Assembly (NCBI RefSeq): GCF_006345805.1
Contig: NC_043007.1
Coordinates: 43,152,001 to 43,216,000 of the forward strand
Source: Octopus sinensis
Taxonomy: Eukaryota
DNA length: 64,000 bases
Direction of reading: 5' to 3'
Shown here: positions 51,707 through 63,830 of the stretch, piece after piece
Layout: each line of letters opens with the position of its first letter
Numbering within the stretch: the stretch's first letter is position 1
Translations under genes and position numbers: made by a program
Notes under the pieces: generated by a model
The model's database searches: none
The model's input: only the letters and a program-made list of their open reading frames with translations
Told to the model about the DNA's origin: nothing

Positions 51707-52153
51707 ACACACACACACACACAGGTTTATTTTAGTTTTTGTCTTTTAAATTTCGTTCACAAGATATGTGTATTATACATATACACACATACAGGATAAT
51801 TGTACAACAAAAACTGTATAGCACCTGTAGTTGTAACTATGAAAACAAGCAGCAGTAACCATTAAAAAATACCAAGCAGTATTTTTTAACAACAGCAGTA
51901 ACTTCATCAACAACAACTCAAACAATTCCATCACAAATATCTCCCACCAGTAATCAACAATTTGATCAAATCCATTTCTTGTTCAATTATAAGCCATTAA
52001 CCCAAACCTTTAGGAGTGGAGAGGAAGACCATTAACAATGAAACATAAATAGATTGTATATTTGCTTTCCAGTGTGTTTAACGCCATTTCTAATGGAATC
52101 TATTAACATCTGAGGAGTTCTGAGACTTTTAGCATACTTTAGAGTTGCATTCC

Positions 52154-52185
<32 letters not shown>

Positions 52186-53033
52186 CACACACACACACTT
52201 ATCTCTTTTGTTTATTTCATCTACCTAATTAAACAGCTTGATCTGTCAATGATTTATAACACTCAGTAGAGTGTGTTATTCTTACCAGTAAAAGATTTTG
52301 TACTGAAATGGGGTTTCTTTTTTTTTTTTTTTCCAGATGTTTGTAACTGCCTTGTTGCTACTGAACATTATTTATTGCAAGATATGGAAATACAGATTAA
52401 ATCTTCTTAAAATTCTTCCAACCACTAGAATTATTTCAAATTATCTATACCGATGTACTTTTGCATGCTGATAACAAAAATCATATTCATTTTTCTCTAG
52501 AAATTAACAATAAAAAAAGCTACAAGCACTTAAAATTATGTAATTTTAGCCAATCAGAAGTCTTCATTGCCAACATATGTTGGGAGAGATGGGGGTAGAA
52601 AGAGAGAAAGTGAACATTGACCTTGTAGCTTTCAAAGGTAGTCTGGAGTGAAATAGTGGATTGTAAAAGAAAAGCTTAAATAAACATTATACTATACTTC
52701 ATCCTAACCATGATAACATACTTCTAAACAGGATAATCCACTATGTTAGAGATATTGAGTACTTAACACTGACTAATCTACTTTTAATATTGGTCCTTTC
52801 AGGCATTATAGTGTTTGGTGGAAGATAGTAGTGTTTGTTGTTGCTATACCATAGCAAAACCACACATACACACACATTCATAGATAGAGGAGGACCATTA
52901 CAAATCAAATTCCTTGTGCAATTTTAAGTTATACAAATTTCAAATTACTCAAGCGCTATACAATGTCTATACACACACACATGTATGTATCTGTCTGTCT
53001 GTCTGTCTATCTGTCTATCTATCTATCTATCTA

Positions 53034-53193
53034 TCTGAGTTCAAATTCCGCCGAGGTCGACTTTGCCTTTCATCCTTTCGGGGTCGATAAATTAAGTACC
53101 AGTTATGTACTGGGGGCAATGTAATCGACTTGATCCCTTTGACGGTCCTTGTTTGTCCCCTCTGTGTTTAGCCCCTTGTGGGTAGTAAAGAAA
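53034..53193 (+). mobile_element. SINE family M, young and 5'-truncated
   Basis: CpG-intact core CCGCCGAGGTCGACTTTGCC. Confidence 0.8.
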
Positions 53194-53879
53194 TATATAT
53201 CTATCTATACCACTACATGGCCAATATCAGCCAGATAGCCTTTATATAGATATGGGCTGCCCATGAAATTGTGAGTGAAACTTAGCAAGCAAAAACTGGA
53301 AGAAGCTTTAGTGTGTGCATGCAGGTTTGTGTGTGACTGACTGAGTATTCCTGTTTGAACATCTATGTGCCTCACCATTTATGCAGTCATTTGTCTGCAA
53401 TCCTACACAAAAGTATATTTGAACCCTTCATTGATTGAAAGACTGTTGTAATTTATTAGTATGCAGTAAGGTTAGGGTTGGCAACAGGAAAGGGCAGTCA
53501 GCCATAAAAAATTCTACCTCAGTGAAATTTTATCTGGCCAATGCAAGAATGGACAAGTAGATATTAAAACCATGATGATGATGAAACACAAGATAAAAAA
53601 ACAACAATATTTTGCTTTTCAGGAAGCAGTGTGTCTTATATTCTTTGTTTGGTAACTTGTTTACAGAGTTAATCCTAATTTAATTCTAAGAAAATGAGCT
53701 AGCTATGAACATATTCTTAAGTCAACATATTCAAACATATTCAAACTTAGAATCAAAACAGGGTTATCTTTGTCAAGTAAACACCAAATAGTGTGAGTGT
53801 GTGTCTGTGTGTGTGTCTGTCTGTTTGTCTGTGTGCATGCGTGTGTATGTGCATGTATGTGTGTATGTGTGTATACATG

Positions 53880-53987
53880 CTTGCCTCCCAGCCACATGTT
53901 CAGCTTCACTGAGTGACACCTTAGACAAGTGTCTTCTACTATAGCCATGGGCCAATTAAAGCCTTCTGAGTGGATTTGGTAGACAGA

Positions 53988-54022
<35 letters not shown>

Positions 54023-54300
54023 TATATATATATATATGATATATATGATATATACATCTGTGCATGTGTCTTTATGTTTATGCTAACCACACACACACAC
54101 ACACACACAACTATCACTTCACAACAAGTGTTGTTTTGTTTACATCCCTGCAACTTAGTGGTTTAGCATAAGAGACCATCAATAAATAAAAAGCTTTAAA
54201 AAAAAAGTACTGGAGTTGATTTGTTCAACTAAAACCCTTCAAGACAAATACTCCAGCATGGCCACAGTTCAATAACTAAAACATGTAAAAAATAAAGGAT
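53880..54300 (+). mobile_element. OR-like SINE, decayed
   Basis: Aligns with 48329-48730. Confidence 0.7.
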
Positions 54301-55162
54301 AGAAAATATTTCATTCTTTTTGGCAATAATAATACTAACAATGACTAAATCTCAAGTTAATATTAACAGCAGGAAAACCTAGATGGCGATAGTCAACTGA
54401 ACATATATTATCTCTCATTAGGAGCAGACATAGCTTTCCAGTCCTTACCTAGAAACTATAGCTACCAAACAATTCATTAACCAGTAAAAAATTTGCATGG
54501 GTAGGAGGAAGAATAAGGTGTTTATTTTTTTTCTTCACAATTTCACAGTTCCACTGCTAAGCAACAGGGTCAAAGCTTAAGTTAACATTGACAAGCATGT
54601 ATGGAAAGTGATATGGTTTTATGTTTGAGTCAGATATACAATTAATAATGAATGACAAGGGATTTCCCATATCTGTGTATGTGTGGACATATAAGCATAT
54701 ATATAAATACCAAGGATTGTTAGCTAGGTGGGTAAAGGAAGCATTAGCAGCCAGACTATAAATATTAATTATTAAATATAAAAAGCAATTGATTTTTAAT
54801 TCATTATAAAAATGCTAATTAATGCATGGAATTTAGGCTATGCATTCAATAAACGTCTGGTATTTAGACAGGCTCAAGTTCAAAGTATGTACTAATGTAT
54901 GATGACATTAAATCCTCTTGCCAAATGTTAAACTCCAAAATGTATTATATATAGGAGCTCTAAAACCCAAATAATTTTCTATCTTTGCCCTGTGTCTTTA
55001 CTGGGTGAGGAGTGAATGGGTGTTTATTACACCATTTTCCTCTGGTGATTGAGACATTTAATTTCATATGAATGTATAAAGTAATAATAATGAATATATA
55101 TTATGTCTGGGGGTGTATGTGTGCATGTGAGTCCGAGTAAATACAAAATACAATTGTATGTA

Positions 55163-56378
55163 CAGAGTGTGTAAGGTATTTGAGGATATACTTTTTGGGG
55201 TCATTGCTGCATTTTTTGCTAACTCTGTATAATCTTTGTTTCAGAAAATAATAAAGGCAGACGCTCAGGTTACACAAGAAATGAAGAGACATGCTGTTAT
55301 TGTGGTTATAAAGCCTGAACATAGTGATTTAGAAATATCTCGAGTCTTAAAAGTTGCCAGATCTTTCATTTACAGAGTTTGTAAGGAGCTAGATACTGAA
55401 GATGGAAACATATCACCAGTATCAAAGTATAAAAAGCATTCTAAATGCTCTGAAATCATCAGAACACCTGAATTTATCCAGCAAGTTCAGCAGACCATTG
55501 ATTACAATCTCAGAAAGTCCATGGAGTAAATTGCAAAAGATCTCCCTGTCAGAAGAAACAATCAGAAATTTTGTCCATGAAGACATCAAATATAAGTCTT
55601 ATATGAAAAGGAAAGGTCAGTTTGTCAGAAAAAGTAAAAGAAAATCATTACATCATATCTAAAAGGCTCTTAAACAATCTGAAAAATCCAGCAGAAGAAA
55701 ATTTGATTTAGTTTTTCTCAAATGAGAAAAACTTCAACCACAATCAAAAAGTTAACAGAAGAAATGACAGATGGTTATGTGCAGACAACTTCTGAAGTTC
55801 CAAGTGTTATGCATACAAAATTTCCAGCAACTGTCATGGTTTTAGGGGTTGTCAGCAATGAAGGTCATGTCTCCTTACTTCTTTCCACAAGGCCTTAGAG
55901 TTAACTCTGCCACCTACATTGATGTCCTGGAAATAATTGTTAAACCCTGGATAGACAGTGTATGCAATGGAAGGCCATATGAGTTTCAGGAATGGATGGT
56001 TGAAAATTTTCATGATCACATAACCCCTAACATTTGGCCTCCTAATTCCCCAGATCTCAATCCATTGGACTATTACATGTGGAATGTTGTTGAGAGAGGG
56101 GTCAATAAACATACCCATAACACCAAAGATTCTATGAAAGCTGCCATAGTAAGAATATTGTCCAAAATGAATCATCAAGACCACTTGATTCAAGCATGTA
56201 GATGATTTAGGTCTCATATAGAAGCAGTTGTTAAAGCTGAAGATAGCTTTATTGAATAACATTATAGAAAAAAGGTTTATTTTTATCCTCATAGAATTTT
56301 TTGATAAATAAAGTTATCTGTAATTATATATGTTTTTTTATAAACGTAAATCTGTCCTCAAATATCTGATGCACCCTG
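55163..56378 (+). mobile_element. Tc1/mariner element, DD37D (maT)-like, second family
   Basis: TA TSDs at 55161-55162 and 56379-56380; degenerate TIRs CAG(A/G)GTG...TATTTGAGGA. Confidence 0.9.
55236..56259 (+). pseudogene. DD37D transposase pseudogene
   Basis: HTH-like N-terminus, FFSNEK, VMHTKFPATVMV, VKPWI..NGRPY, WPPNSPDLNPLDYY (terminal D); stops and frameshifts. Confidence 0.9.
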
Positions 56379-56713
56379 TACTTACCGTGTTATGCATATA
56401 ATTGATTTTATGTTTGTCTACATGTGTATGTAGAGGCAACACACAACTGCTTGTTGTTCCAGTTGTTGTATATACATGTGTATGTTTGTGTGTGTGTGTG
56501 TGTGTGTGTGCGTGCATGCACACAGACGTGTATTTTCAATTTGAAATAAAAAAATAATCAATACAAAAATTGGAATATATCTAAGGAAAATAAATATTTT
56601 TCGTCACAATATTAATGTCTACAAGTCTCCACTCCAGTTTTCTTGGCAGCCAGTAGACTGCAGATTACAACACCTTGAGAAAGGTTTACTCTATTATACC
56701 AGGTATAATGTGC

Positions 56714-56779
56714 TCAGAACTTCTCTTGTAGTTGCCACACTGAGAAGAAACCATCAGCTGTTCCCTTTCCTGATAAGTC
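56714..56779 (-). CDS. Candidate terminal exon (DLSGKGTADGFFSVWQLQEKF*), WD40-like motif
   Basis: gtgtattttag acceptor; GTADG..SVW resembles the end of a WD40 blade. No gene recognised. Confidence 0.25.
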   Translation of the reverse strand, partial: DLSGKGTADGFFSVWQLQEKF

Positions 56780-56783
56780 CTAA

Positions 56784-56908
56784 AATACACATATACATAC
56801 ATACATCTGCATAAATATGCATTTGTATGTTGACAGTTCCCTTTCTTAAATACAATACACATATACATACATACATCTGCATAAATATGCATTTGTATGT
56901 TGACAGTT
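56784..56908. repeat. Perfect 55-bp direct repeat, period 70
   Basis: 56784-56838 equals 56854-56908. Confidence 0.95.
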
Positions 56909-58682
56909 AGCCCTATAATCCTATAAGATCACTGAAAATAGGGACACACTGAATTGGTTTCCCATTACTTTTTCTAGGCCTACAGAAAGATTTCATCACT
57001 GAACTGACCAAATAGTAATGAGTTAGACCTAGGTAAAATGATCCATTGAAAGTAATGGGCTATAGTCATGAACACTTTGTATGAATCTAGCTAAATGTAT
57101 CATGTCAATTCAGTGCTGTTAGCTTTTGTATTCAAAACAGCATGGCTTTCAGGTAGTTAATAACAAAATGATCATGTCTTAATTCTTACAGGTTTCTTTT
57201 CTATTCAGCATGGCGGTCCAAAATATTGACGTAATTTAAATGGCTAGTTATAAACAAGAAAATCGTAAAATAATGAATGAATGACACAAGCCCAAACTAC
57301 AGAACAACAAAGTAAAACACAAGCAAAATGTATTTCACATACATGTTTTATAGGAAACAATTTAAAACAAACAAGTCATACAAAAAAAAGAATTCTTATC
57401 TATAGAAAACAACAAAGAGGTCAGAGAATATAGGTTTTATCCAAGACATATATGTACTTCAAATTGTATAATAAATACTGAGGCATTGTTTGTTTAAATG
57501 CAAACTACTCTAAAATAACTTAGGCAGAAATTTATGAATACATATAAAGATAAAAACCGGTTTGATCTGAATTGCAGACATTTCCTTTTTCAGGATTCTA
57601 TTCTTATATTTTTCTCACTCCAATTCCTTTAAATATTTGTTTAAGCAAGACAGCCTAAAACTTTTAAAGAGCCTCACAAAACACACAGAAGGTAGTTTTC
57701 CATAGATAAAAGATCTATGGCCTACCACATTTAACTGAATCTCTATGCTACAAGATCTGAATAAATCAGTTAAACTTTGCTGTTATGTAAGAACATTTCC
57801 TTTTTTGCAAAGAAGTCAAACTAATAAATAAAATTCTGTGTAAGATCATCAATATTTTTAAAATCAACCAAACTTTCACATAAATTTGCACTGTTCTCTG
57901 AAGTGATAGAATTTTTCTCCAACTACTAATTCAAAAGGCTCACAAACTCACTGACAAATAAAATTTGGTCATTATTCTTAAAGTGTGTGTGTGTGGGGGG
58001 GAGTCATACAGTAGTACTGTATATAAGAAACAACTTGTTTGATCATTTAATAAGATTGGCTGAGTTTATCTGCTAGGGTTTAATAAAATAATAAATTGCT
58101 ATAAAAGTAGATCACATTGATGTGCAAAATTGTTCAGAAATAAAAGAAAAAATGCATAATGAATTCTACATTTCCCAAGCAACATTGAGTAAAGGAGTTA
58201 CAAAAGAAGAATAAATATCCTCTGCAAACAATTGATCAATTCACAGAACAAAAGATCAAAGACACCATAAGTTACAAAGCTACAATTACATGTGATGAAC
58301 ACATAAAAAAAAAAAAACCATATACACAATGCTCTAAAACTATAAAACAAACATATGCACACATACGCATATAAATGAAAACTCTCTAGATAGACTACGC
58401 ACTCTCTATCGTGGATAGACATTACTTAGCAACGTGAACATTCTATTTAACATCAAGACTGACATTTTACCAGCCTCAACCTTTTCACCAGATGATGGAG
58501 GACAATGAGTGTTCTGCAATTTTAGCAAACCCAGGTGTGCACACCAAGAATTGCTGTACGAGTCAAAGGAACCAGCTGAGGGATGCCATTCACAAAGGGA
58601 AGACCACAGCTGCTAACTGCTCATGAATCTCTGCAGATATAACAGCTTCAGCATATGCTTATACATAGCAGTAATGACATAC

Positions 58683-58823
58683 CAAGTCCCATGTGGAGTG
58701 GATGATAGCAGCTGATGGATCTTTCAGGGCATGAATACCTATCCTTTCTACAGAAGTTACAAAAAGCAAATAAAGCACTTCAGTGCAACCAAGTGTTACG
58801 TGAGACAAGTAATCACAGTCAAG
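58683..58823 (-). CDS. Candidate 141-nt phase 0-0 exon
   Basis: tattacag acceptor, TG|gtatgt donor, open frame LDCDYLSHVTLG...IIHSTWDL in GC-richer unique DNA. Confidence 0.22.
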
Positions 58824-59359
58824 CTGTAATATACACTATGAAAGTAAAATAGAAGTTTCTGACTTCTGTCCTACTTTTCAAAGCTAGCTTCTTTCTGAAT
58901 AATATCATCTCAACCTAGATTTTTTACACTTGAATTGCAATTTCAATGGTTTAACTCGATCAATCACATCATCAAACTGAAAGTACTAATGTTTCCTTTA
59001 TATGCCATAAAATAATACAAATATAACATTATATTGTACTGTACAGCAAGACAAAATAGTACAAATTTACACATTTACAGGGCTATAGAATGTTAGAGAT
59101 ATTTTATGTACCAACACCTGTCAAAATAACTACAGCTCACTTGATTTTTTTTCACTTTTTAGTTAGTACCTAAGGGCTGGATGCCCTTTCTAACATCAAC
59201 CACTTTACAGAGTGTATTGGATATGATTATTGACACCATTGCAAGAGAGGCAGCCTAAAGGAATTTCAAGATCTTATGCATCTGCTCACTTACTGACACT
59301 TTACAGAATGAGAAGCATAAATGATCGTAGCTTGAAAGGGAGGGAAGTAGGTAGGTATA

Positions 59360-59398
<39 letters not shown>

Positions 59399-59405
59399 TA
59401 CCTCT

Positions 59406-59439
<34 letters not shown>

Positions 59440-59445
<6 letters not shown>

Positions 59446-59560
59446 TCATCATCACCATTTAACATTCAGTTTCCTTGCTTGCATGGATTGGACAGTTTGA
59501 CAGGGGCTGAGAAGCCAGAAAGCTGCACCAGGCTCTAAGTGTCTGCTTTGGCATGGTTTT
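59440..59560 (-). mobile_element. RTE 3' terminal fragment
   Basis: (ATC)n followed by the RTE 3' UTR end. Confidence 0.7.
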
Positions 59561-59569
59561 AGCAGCATT

Positions 59570-59730
59570 TTATCCATTCTTACATTCTGAGTTCAAATTT
59601 TGCCGAGGTTGATTTTGTCTTTCATCCTTTCAAGGTCGATAAAATAAGTACCAGTTTTGCACTGGGGTCAATGTAATCAATTTACCCCCTTCCCTGAAAT
59701 TGCTGGTCTTCTGTCGAAATTTGAAAGCAA
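59570..59730 (+). mobile_element. SINE family M
   Basis: Aligns with 8009-8221. Confidence 0.75.
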
Positions 59731-60570
59731 CAATAAGGATTTAATTTATTTGTCACCAGAGTGATGGATAACAACAGCAAAATTCCACATAACCAAAACT
59801 AATGAACTTGTATTTATGCAATGAAAGCATGCAGTAAGAATAACATTAGTGTATTAACAGCAACAGCAACAACAACAATAATAATTTTTTTTTAATAATA
59901 ATACATACACACACACAAAACAGCAGTATCATAAATAACTACAGTAACAATGCTGTTTATAATTGAAATTTCAGACTGATTTCCTTGTCAAGGCAAATAG
60001 TTCTTTTGTTAAGAAAGAGAATATAAAATGGTTTGAGAAGTTGCAGGAAGAATGGAGCAGGATCAAATAAAGTGACATGTCAAAAATGATGATCATCTGT
60101 CATGATTAAATGGAAGAGAGAAAAACAGAAAACGACAGAGAAATCTGCAGACAATTGCCTAAAAAACATGAAGTGGAAAGGCAGAACAGCATGTTGGAAA
60201 GATGAGTCAAGCATGGTTTTTATGTGCTTGGTTGGTTATTTGATTTGTCTGTTTATTTTTCTGTTTACTTTCGTTTTTGTTCCTTTTACTCCATAGCAAC
60301 ATGAAGCACTCAAGGACAGGCACATGATGTCTTATATCACATGAAATATGGCAAAGAAGTTGAATAGGTTACATTGGAGAAAAGACATAAATAAACACAC
60401 ACATACATAAATTGAAAATACTGCTAGCATATGTATTAGTGTATATGCATAATACCCACATGTATTATATATATATCTGTGTGTGTGTATATATATGTGT
60501 GTGTTGGTGGTGTGCATATAATTAAACATATACATGCACAACACACACATGCACGTGTATGTGTGTATAT

Positions 60571-60632
<62 letters not shown>

Positions 60633-60852
60633 TACACAATGTACATACATATGTATACATATGCAATATACACCCATAATCATGCATAATTCAAAGCAAC
60701 AATTGCACTCAAATACAAACAACACACAGATACAATAGAAAACATAACTGTATATATATATATATATATATGTTGGGGTGGCCTGAAAACTTGACTGAGG
60801 AGAGAAGGCCATGGGTGACTGTTGCGTTCTTGTTTCGTTTTTGGGGTATGTA

Positions 60853-60906
<54 letters not shown>

Positions 60907-60909
60907 CAT

Positions 60910-60958
<49 letters not shown>

Positions 60959-61286
60959 CATACACACATACATACACATCTAACACATGATGCAAAACAC
61001 ATATAATCATATAAAGTCATTCACGCATACACAAATAGTATACATTAGACTTATATACAAAACATGCATATAATTAAAGAGAAAAAATAACTTATATAAC
61101 TCAGAACATACATACACAACATACATTAGATATAAAATAAACATACATATACATCTATATACTAGCTTTGAAAAACAGAAATGTAAACACCCATATCTAT
61201 TTCCAACTATACATAAACTAAAAATGTATATTCTCATTATCTGTATTTTCTTATAGATATATGTGCATGTGTCATAATCACCATCG

Positions 61287-61328
<42 letters not shown>

Positions 61329-61355
61329 ACACATACATACATACACACACACATA

Positions 61356-61552
61356 CAGGGTTGGCCAAAAGTCACCTGATACTAAATCAAAACCATTTTA
61401 TTCCAAGATAAATTTATGCTTAACAACTGAATGAATTTAATAAAAGCATATAGATATGAAACATCATGAAAAGTTTTTCTTGAGTGACACATTTTTCCAT
61501 TCAAGTCAATACAGAATTACAGATAGCACTTATGGAATTTTGGACAACCCTG
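61356..61552. mobile_element. Tc1/mariner-type MITE
   Basis: TA-CAGGGTTGGCCAAAA / TTTTGGACAACCCTG ends (14/15). Confidence 0.75.
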
Positions 61553-61678
61553 TGTATACACACAACATACACACACACACACATATATAAACACACATAT
61601 ATACACGCATTTATATATACATGCCCATATAAATACATACACACACACACACACATATATATATATACACACACCCAC

Positions 61679-61711
<33 letters not shown>

Positions 61712-61730
61712 CAAATACATATATACATAT

Positions 61731-61855
61731 ATCATCATCATCATCGTTTAACATCTGCTTTCCATGCTAGCATGGGTTGGACGATTTTGACTGAGGGCTG
61801 GCAAACCAGATGGCTGCACCAGGCTTCCAATCTTGATCTGGCAGAGTTTCTACAG
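61731..61855 (-). mobile_element. 125-bp RTE 3' terminal fragment
   Basis: Overlaps and continues the last bases of the window's terminal RTE (TAGAAACTCTGCCAGAT), then ends in (GAT)n. Confidence 0.85.
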
Positions 61856-62019
61856 TTACAGACATATAATATATATATATATATATACACACACATATAT
61901 ATATACATACATACATATAATATACATACATATATATATATATATACATACATATATATATATATATACATACATACATATATATATATATACATACATA
62001 TATATATATATACATACAT

Positions 62020-62072
<53 letters not shown>

Positions 62073-62103
62073 TTAGTCTTGGGGTTTGCATCTCGAGGAC
62101 CGA

Positions 62104-62177
62104 ATGTACTGAAGAAGTCACGGACACTTGAATTATGCAAGTAATTCTTTTGTTAAGACCGAAACCGAGGTATGCAT
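62104..62177 (+). ncRNA. Type-I HHR with extended stem II and GCAA tetraloop
   Basis: AUGUA CUGAAGA AGUC..GAAUUAU GCAA GUAAUUC..GACC GAAA CCGAGG UA UGCAU. Confidence 0.75.
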
Positions 62178-62335
62178 TTAAGTCTGTTTTTTATTTAATT
62201 TTTCATATGTCCTGCCCGCCAAATTTGGTTCTGGTGTTCGCTGAATTCTTCCTCTAGAGAATTTCCCTTGTAGTTTGATCGTTGATGATCTATTTCTAGC
62301 ATTCTGGCCGGCTACCTAGCAGGCCAGCCCTGCCA

Positions 62336-62380
<45 letters not shown>

Positions 62381-62445
62381 CACACACATACATTTCAAAA
62401 TGTAACTACATGCTGATTGTTGGCAATTTTTTTCCTCTGTCTCCT

Positions 62446-62480
62446 GTTTCTGAAGAAGTGCTTTGCTCGAAATGTAAAAG
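62446..62480 (+). ncRNA. Minimal HHR motif, slightly decayed
   Basis: GUUU CUGAAGA A GUGC UUU GCUC GAAA UG UA AAAG. Confidence 0.6.
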
Positions 62481-62500
62481 TGCCTTTTAATATTTTACAT

Positions 62501-62610
62501 ATACCATGCCCTTGCATTATTGTTATTGTCGTGTGTGTTTTCTTTGCTTTTTGAGATACCATGCCCTTGCATTATTGTTATTGTCGTGTGTGTTTTCTTT
62601 GCTTTTTGAG
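62501..62610. repeat. Perfect 55-bp tandem duplication
   Basis: 62501-62555 equals 62556-62610. Confidence 0.95.
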
Positions 62611-62648
<38 letters not shown>

Positions 62649-62714
62649 CACACATACATACAGATATATATATACATACATACACATATATATCCATATA
62701 TGCACAAATATATA

Positions 62715-63730
62715 TTATTCATCATAGTCCTTCAGGCAATAACAGAGGAATTCAAAACGGGATGCCCCTGGGAGCTCCTCTATGCCGATGACCTAGCTCT
62801 CATAGCAGAATCACTACCGGAACTAGAAGAGAAATTTCGGGTGTGGAAGCAAGGGTTGGAATCAAAGGGCCTTAGAATAAATGTAGCAAAGACCAAAGTA
62901 TTAGTAAGCAGCAAGAGGTACTCAGCACACATCCCCTCGGGTAGGTGGCCCTGCTCAACCTGTAGGAAAGGTACAGGTAGAAACTCCATAAGATGCACCC
63001 AATGTAAGTTATGGACACATAAGAGGTGCAGCAACATTAAAGGGAAATTAACAGATCAGATAGCTTTCATGTGCGGCAGATGCACAGGGACAATAGACAC
63101 AACAGACACTCAGAAAACAGATTCCATCACACTCCAGGGAGAGAAACTAGAAGTAGTTGATAGTTTCCGCTACCTGGGTGACCAAGTTAGTAGCGGAGGT
63201 GGATGCACAGAGAGTATCACCACTAGAATACGAATAGCCTGGGCAAAGTTCAGAAAGCTCCTACCCCTACTGGCAACAAAAGGTCTCTCCCTCAGAGCAA
63301 AAGGTAGATTGTATGATGCATGTGTGCGAACTGCCATGCTTCACGGTAATGAAACATGGGCTGTGACTGCAGAAGACATGCGTAGACTTGAAAGAAATGA
63401 AGCTAGCATGATCCGCTGGATGTGTAGTGTCAGTGTGCACGCAAAACAGAGTGTAAGTATCCTGAGAGAAATGCTGGATATAAGAAGCATCAGATGTGGT
63501 GTGCAAGAGCGACGCTTGCGATGGTATGGTCATGTGCTGCGGATGGATGAAGAGAGATGTGTGAAGAAGTGCCACTCCCAACAGTTGAAGGTATCAGGGG
63601 GAGAGGTAGACCCAGGAAGACATGGGATGAGGTGGTCAAGCATGACCTCAGAGCATTGGGCCTCACTGAGGCAATGGCGAAGGACCGAGATCTCTGGAGA
63701 TATGCTGTGACTACAAAGACCCGGGCTGCT
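62715..63730 (+). pseudogene. RTE RT C-terminal half with internal PHD-type finger; one frameshift near 63580
   Basis: ORF 62700-63710 switches to the frame of ORF 63557-63853 at CACTCCCA/ACAGTT; C4HC3 pattern at 62952-63083. Confidence 0.88.
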
Positions 63731-63765
63731 TTCTGCAGCAATTCCACATACCCCCTACCCATTCT

Positions 63766-63830
63766 AAGTACCCCGGATCCCCAAAGTACCCTGGATCCCC
63801 AAAGTACCCCGATCCCCAAAGTACCCCGGA
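63766..63830 (+). repeat. 18-bp minisatellite (AAGTACCCCGGATCCCCA) x3.7 at the RTE ORF end
   Basis: Units start at 63766, 63784, 63802 and 63819. Confidence 0.95.

Larger units (their letters stand above)
60440..62065. repeat. Microsatellite-dominated block with embedded TE scraps
   Basis: Direct inspection. Confidence 0.9.

Noticed and set aside
60770-60850. GC-richer insert in a microsatellite containing GAAA and CUGAGGA
   Set aside because: The order and spacing cannot form a hammerhead; origin unresolved.
56784-62610. Direct repeats as CRISPR arrays
   Set aside because: Only two copies each, no unique spacers, eukaryotic context and no cas genes.
62700-62714. Start codon of the 336-aa ORF
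   Set aside because: The ATG comes from the flanking microsatellite; RTE homology begins at 62715, so this is not a complete gene.
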